From assembly GCA_951406725.2 (NCBI GenBank), contig OX597819.1, forward strand, positions 87,668,001 through 87,732,000: 64,000 nt of DNA, written 5' to 3'. Under the pieces are notes generated by a model that was given only the letters and a program-made list of their open reading frames with translations, did no database searches and had not been told where the DNA came from. Shown piece after piece: positions 60,793 through 64,000 of the stretch (positions are counted from its first letter, which is position 1; each line of letters begins with the position of its first letter). This DNA is from Octopus vulgaris. Taxonomy: Eukaryota. A program made the position numbers and the translations under genes.

Positions 60793-61779
60793 AAACAACT
60801 TTATGCTCCATTTCAACAGAGGAGTTAATGACACCAGCAACGGAGATTGAAGTAAATAAATTTCTTTTAATAAAATAAGGATTTTGCTAAGTAACAATTA
60901 GAGAAACAGTGTAAAGATAGTATGATGTGAGAAACAGAATTCCTAATTTCTAAACATGTAGAAACAAAAGTGACAATCACCAAAGGAAAATAAATAATTC
61001 ATAGATACATTTGATTCAGGGTATAATCATACAAGAAAACTTGTACATTAATAAGTGGAATATTAAAGCATGGGTTATGAAGAAATATGTACATATTATC
61101 CATATGTTTAATTGCTGTGAAATTAGAGCCAGTAGATAAACCACAAGGACTTCTGCAGCTTATAATGTAGATCAAACCAATTAGTTTCATGTCCCTTAAG
61201 TCTCATTAAGTATTGCATACTATTGCCATTCAAACTGCTTAAATTAAGTTGCATGAAACTCATTCCAAGCTACCAAATGTCTTATAGTTTAAACTCTATA
61301 TTTTGATATATGTTTATCAAACATTGAATATAAAAGAAGCTATTATTCGTGTTACTCAAAAATTCTTTTATTCTTTTACCAGTTACTGTCTCTGGGCTGT
61401 GTTGAAGCTGTTAACCAACCTTCAAAGGTTTTAGTCAAGTATAATAAGCTAAACACTAATTTTATTGGCCTGTATTTATTAAATGGCAAAATTACATTTT
61501 TCTTTACACAAGAGACATAACTCAATGCACACACATCATCATCATCTACTTTTCTTTGCAAGAGTCAGATGGAATTCATAGCAACATATTTTCTATGGCA
61601 AGATGTACTTCCTCTTGCCAACTCTCACCTGTTTCTAAGGAATGTAATATTTCCACTTGACTGGACATATTTTCATGGTAGATAGGCAAAAAAAAACACT
61701 GCTTGAATGACAGTGACAATAATTTACAATTATCACACAATGTCAAAGCAAGGAGACACAAATGCATGTGTGCATACGC

Positions 61780-62095
61780 AAAAGGCTTCTTTCAGTTTCT
61801 GTCTTCACACTCAGAAAGCTTAAACTGGCCCAGGACTATAGTAGAAGACACTTGCCCTTGCCCAAGGTGCCACACTGGGACTGAATCTGGATTCATGTAG
61901 TTGGGAAGCAAACTTGTTACCACAAAGACATACATACATACATACTCCTTTCAAGGCTTCTTTCAGTTTCTTTCTTCACACTCAGAAAGCTTTAACTGGT
62001 CCAGGACTATAGTAGAAGGCACTTATCCAAGGTGCCACACTGGGACTGAATCTGGATCCATGTAGTTGGGAAGCAAACTTGTTACAACAAAGACA
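61780..62095 (-). repeat. Tandem duplication (~170 bp) of a SINE head
   Basis: aaggcttctttcagtttct...gggaagcaaacttgttac occurs twice with shared private variants. Confidence 0.8.
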
Positions 62096-62096
62096 C

Positions 62097-62127
<31 letters not shown>

Positions 62128-62152
62128 AACACACACACAAACACACACACAA

Positions 62153-62183
<31 letters not shown>

Positions 62184-64000
62184 TGCATACATATTCCCTT
62201 CAGTTTCTGTTTTAAAAAATGATTTTTAGAGTTCTGCACTTGGCCCCTCAAACTAACAGATGATATATAAATTCATATTAAAATATAAAGAGAAACGAAA
62301 CTGGAGACAGCAATGACAACAGCAATAATGATGATGATGATGATGATAGGCATAACCCAGAAAATAGGGGTAGTACAATTTGCACTAAATATTATCCAGG
62401 GGTTGTGACACAATATTTGTTAACCTAGCAGATTCTTATTAACCTTCAATACTCCTCTGCATATTATTCCAAAATGTACCAACTTCTTGTTATGATGTAC
62501 TTCTGAAACCATGCATAACAACAATGATGGAAACAATCATTATAAATGCAAATAGGATGAGAAAAAATATATATAAAAGAAAAAAAAAAAAGAAAAAATA
62601 CAATCTTCAGGAAAAAAATACACTAATACACATTATCATTATAAAACATAATTATGCTTTCTCATGATTGACAAAAATTTGTATTATGATGTATTTTTCT
62701 ATAGGAAACATAATTTGCAACTTCTGGTGTATTATAAAATGTAATTGCAAAGTATTTAAATCAATAATTCTGCATGTTAGCTTTGGTCTGAGCTCTAATA
62801 GCATTCACATATTTCATTATCTCTTATTCTTTTTTGAGAAATTTCAACTTTCTAAACTTCTGCCTCACACTCTTTGTAAGTCCAAACTATCATATCCTTT
62901 AGATACATTACCCAATACTTGTATCACCCAATTTCTTTTCCATATCAACATTTTTCTATGTTCAAATGAAAACAGCTTTCATACATCCTCAACCCAATGT
63001 TTACATCATCAGTGAGCTCCTAAGTACTTTGGTCTCATCACAATATATATATATATATAACAATATACAACATAGTGTGATACAGTAGAGAAAATAACTA
63101 ATTTAGCATAAACGTATAACAGTAGATAGTAGGTTAGGTAAATAATTTAAGAAATACAAGCACAGGTTTGCCAGCAGGGTGAGTGTCAAGTGTCGTGGAT
63201 TACAAGACAGTGAGTCAAAAATAAATGAGGAAGTTATTGGAAAGAACTGCATCTGAAATTATAGGAGTAGAATTGCATGCTCTCTAAGAATGAAAAGACA
63301 GAAGCATGGAAAGTGGACAGTGGAGAGCTGCTAGACATGGAAAATAAATAGGATAGGTCATCTCAAGTTAACCTTGGCTTATCTCAACTTATCTCAACTT
63401 AGTATGCAATCATTCATTTGTGTTGTATAATCATCTCTCTTGACCAATACTTTTGATCTTCATTGCTTTCTCAACTCAACATTTCCAACCAAATAGACAA
63501 TATACTCAAACCACAGCAAATTCTTCAGTCAATGTTGGAGTACATTATGCATACATTGTATATGACAGAGTACTATTTGCTGCCTTGTTACAAAGAAGCT
63601 ACAAAATACCAATAATACTGTTCCAAAATATTTTGACAACCAATTAAAAGGTTCTGCCTAAGCTATACCAAAATGGGAAACAAAACATTTATAATGCAGT
63701 GTTTGTCCCTATACAGTATTACTCATACTTTTTCTATTGCTTGTATAACATAAATTTAAGGCTTTCAATTTTATACTAAATAATAATGAGGCACAAGCTA
63801 TTCATAAACCCATAAATAGGATTAACAAGCAAAAGGATCAGTATTAAAAGGTTTTAAGGAAAACTAAAAGGTAGATAGCTGGCATATTAGGATTTTAGTA
63901 AGATGTTATTATTAATTTTCATCTGTCCATAAAGTTCAATGATGTAAATAAATTAATCTTCTTTAACAAATCCCAGAAGTCCATGCTTTTGAGAATAATT

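Noticed and set aside
62955-63020. Minus-strand CTGATGA...TGAAA hammerhead candidate near (TA)n
   Set aside because: Stems II and III do not close convincingly; at best a decayed relic.
37726-64000. Second host gene or CUL1 promoter
   Set aside because: No recognisable non-TE coding exon or CpG-rich promoter found by eye; small exons could have been missed.

Overview
This is eukaryotic, AT-rich, repeat-dense genomic DNA. The SINE, RTE and microsatellite families look octopod (Octopus sp.), which is inferred from recalled repeat sequences. One host gene is present: a cullin-1 (CUL1) on the minus strand. I traced 12 coding exons by hand (ATG at 37589 down to 1925, 535 codons, all GT-AG, phases consistent); the C-terminal exons lie left of the window and the promoter/first exon probably lies to the right. 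The first intron within the CDS (33756-37446) is a minor-spliceosome (U12-type) intron. The rest is intronic TE landscape: a near-intact CR1 LINE, a decayed RTE LINE with many 3' fragments, several tRNA-derived SINE families, Helitron-, mariner-, hAT- and piggyBac-type non-autonomous elements, and Penelope and R4/Dong remnants. The most unusual signal is a set of hammerhead ribozyme (HHR) motifs in small non-coding elements sitting in (TA)n tracts: a foldback element with an HHR in each inverted arm (one per strand), a canonical-core HHR next to a ~170-bp-arm hairpin, and a degenerate minimal HHR. These suggest Penelope-derived, retrozyme-like elements, and two motifs are sense to the CUL1 locus. 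Exon and ribozyme coordinates were counted base by base; repeat boundaries are approximate. No database searches were possible.
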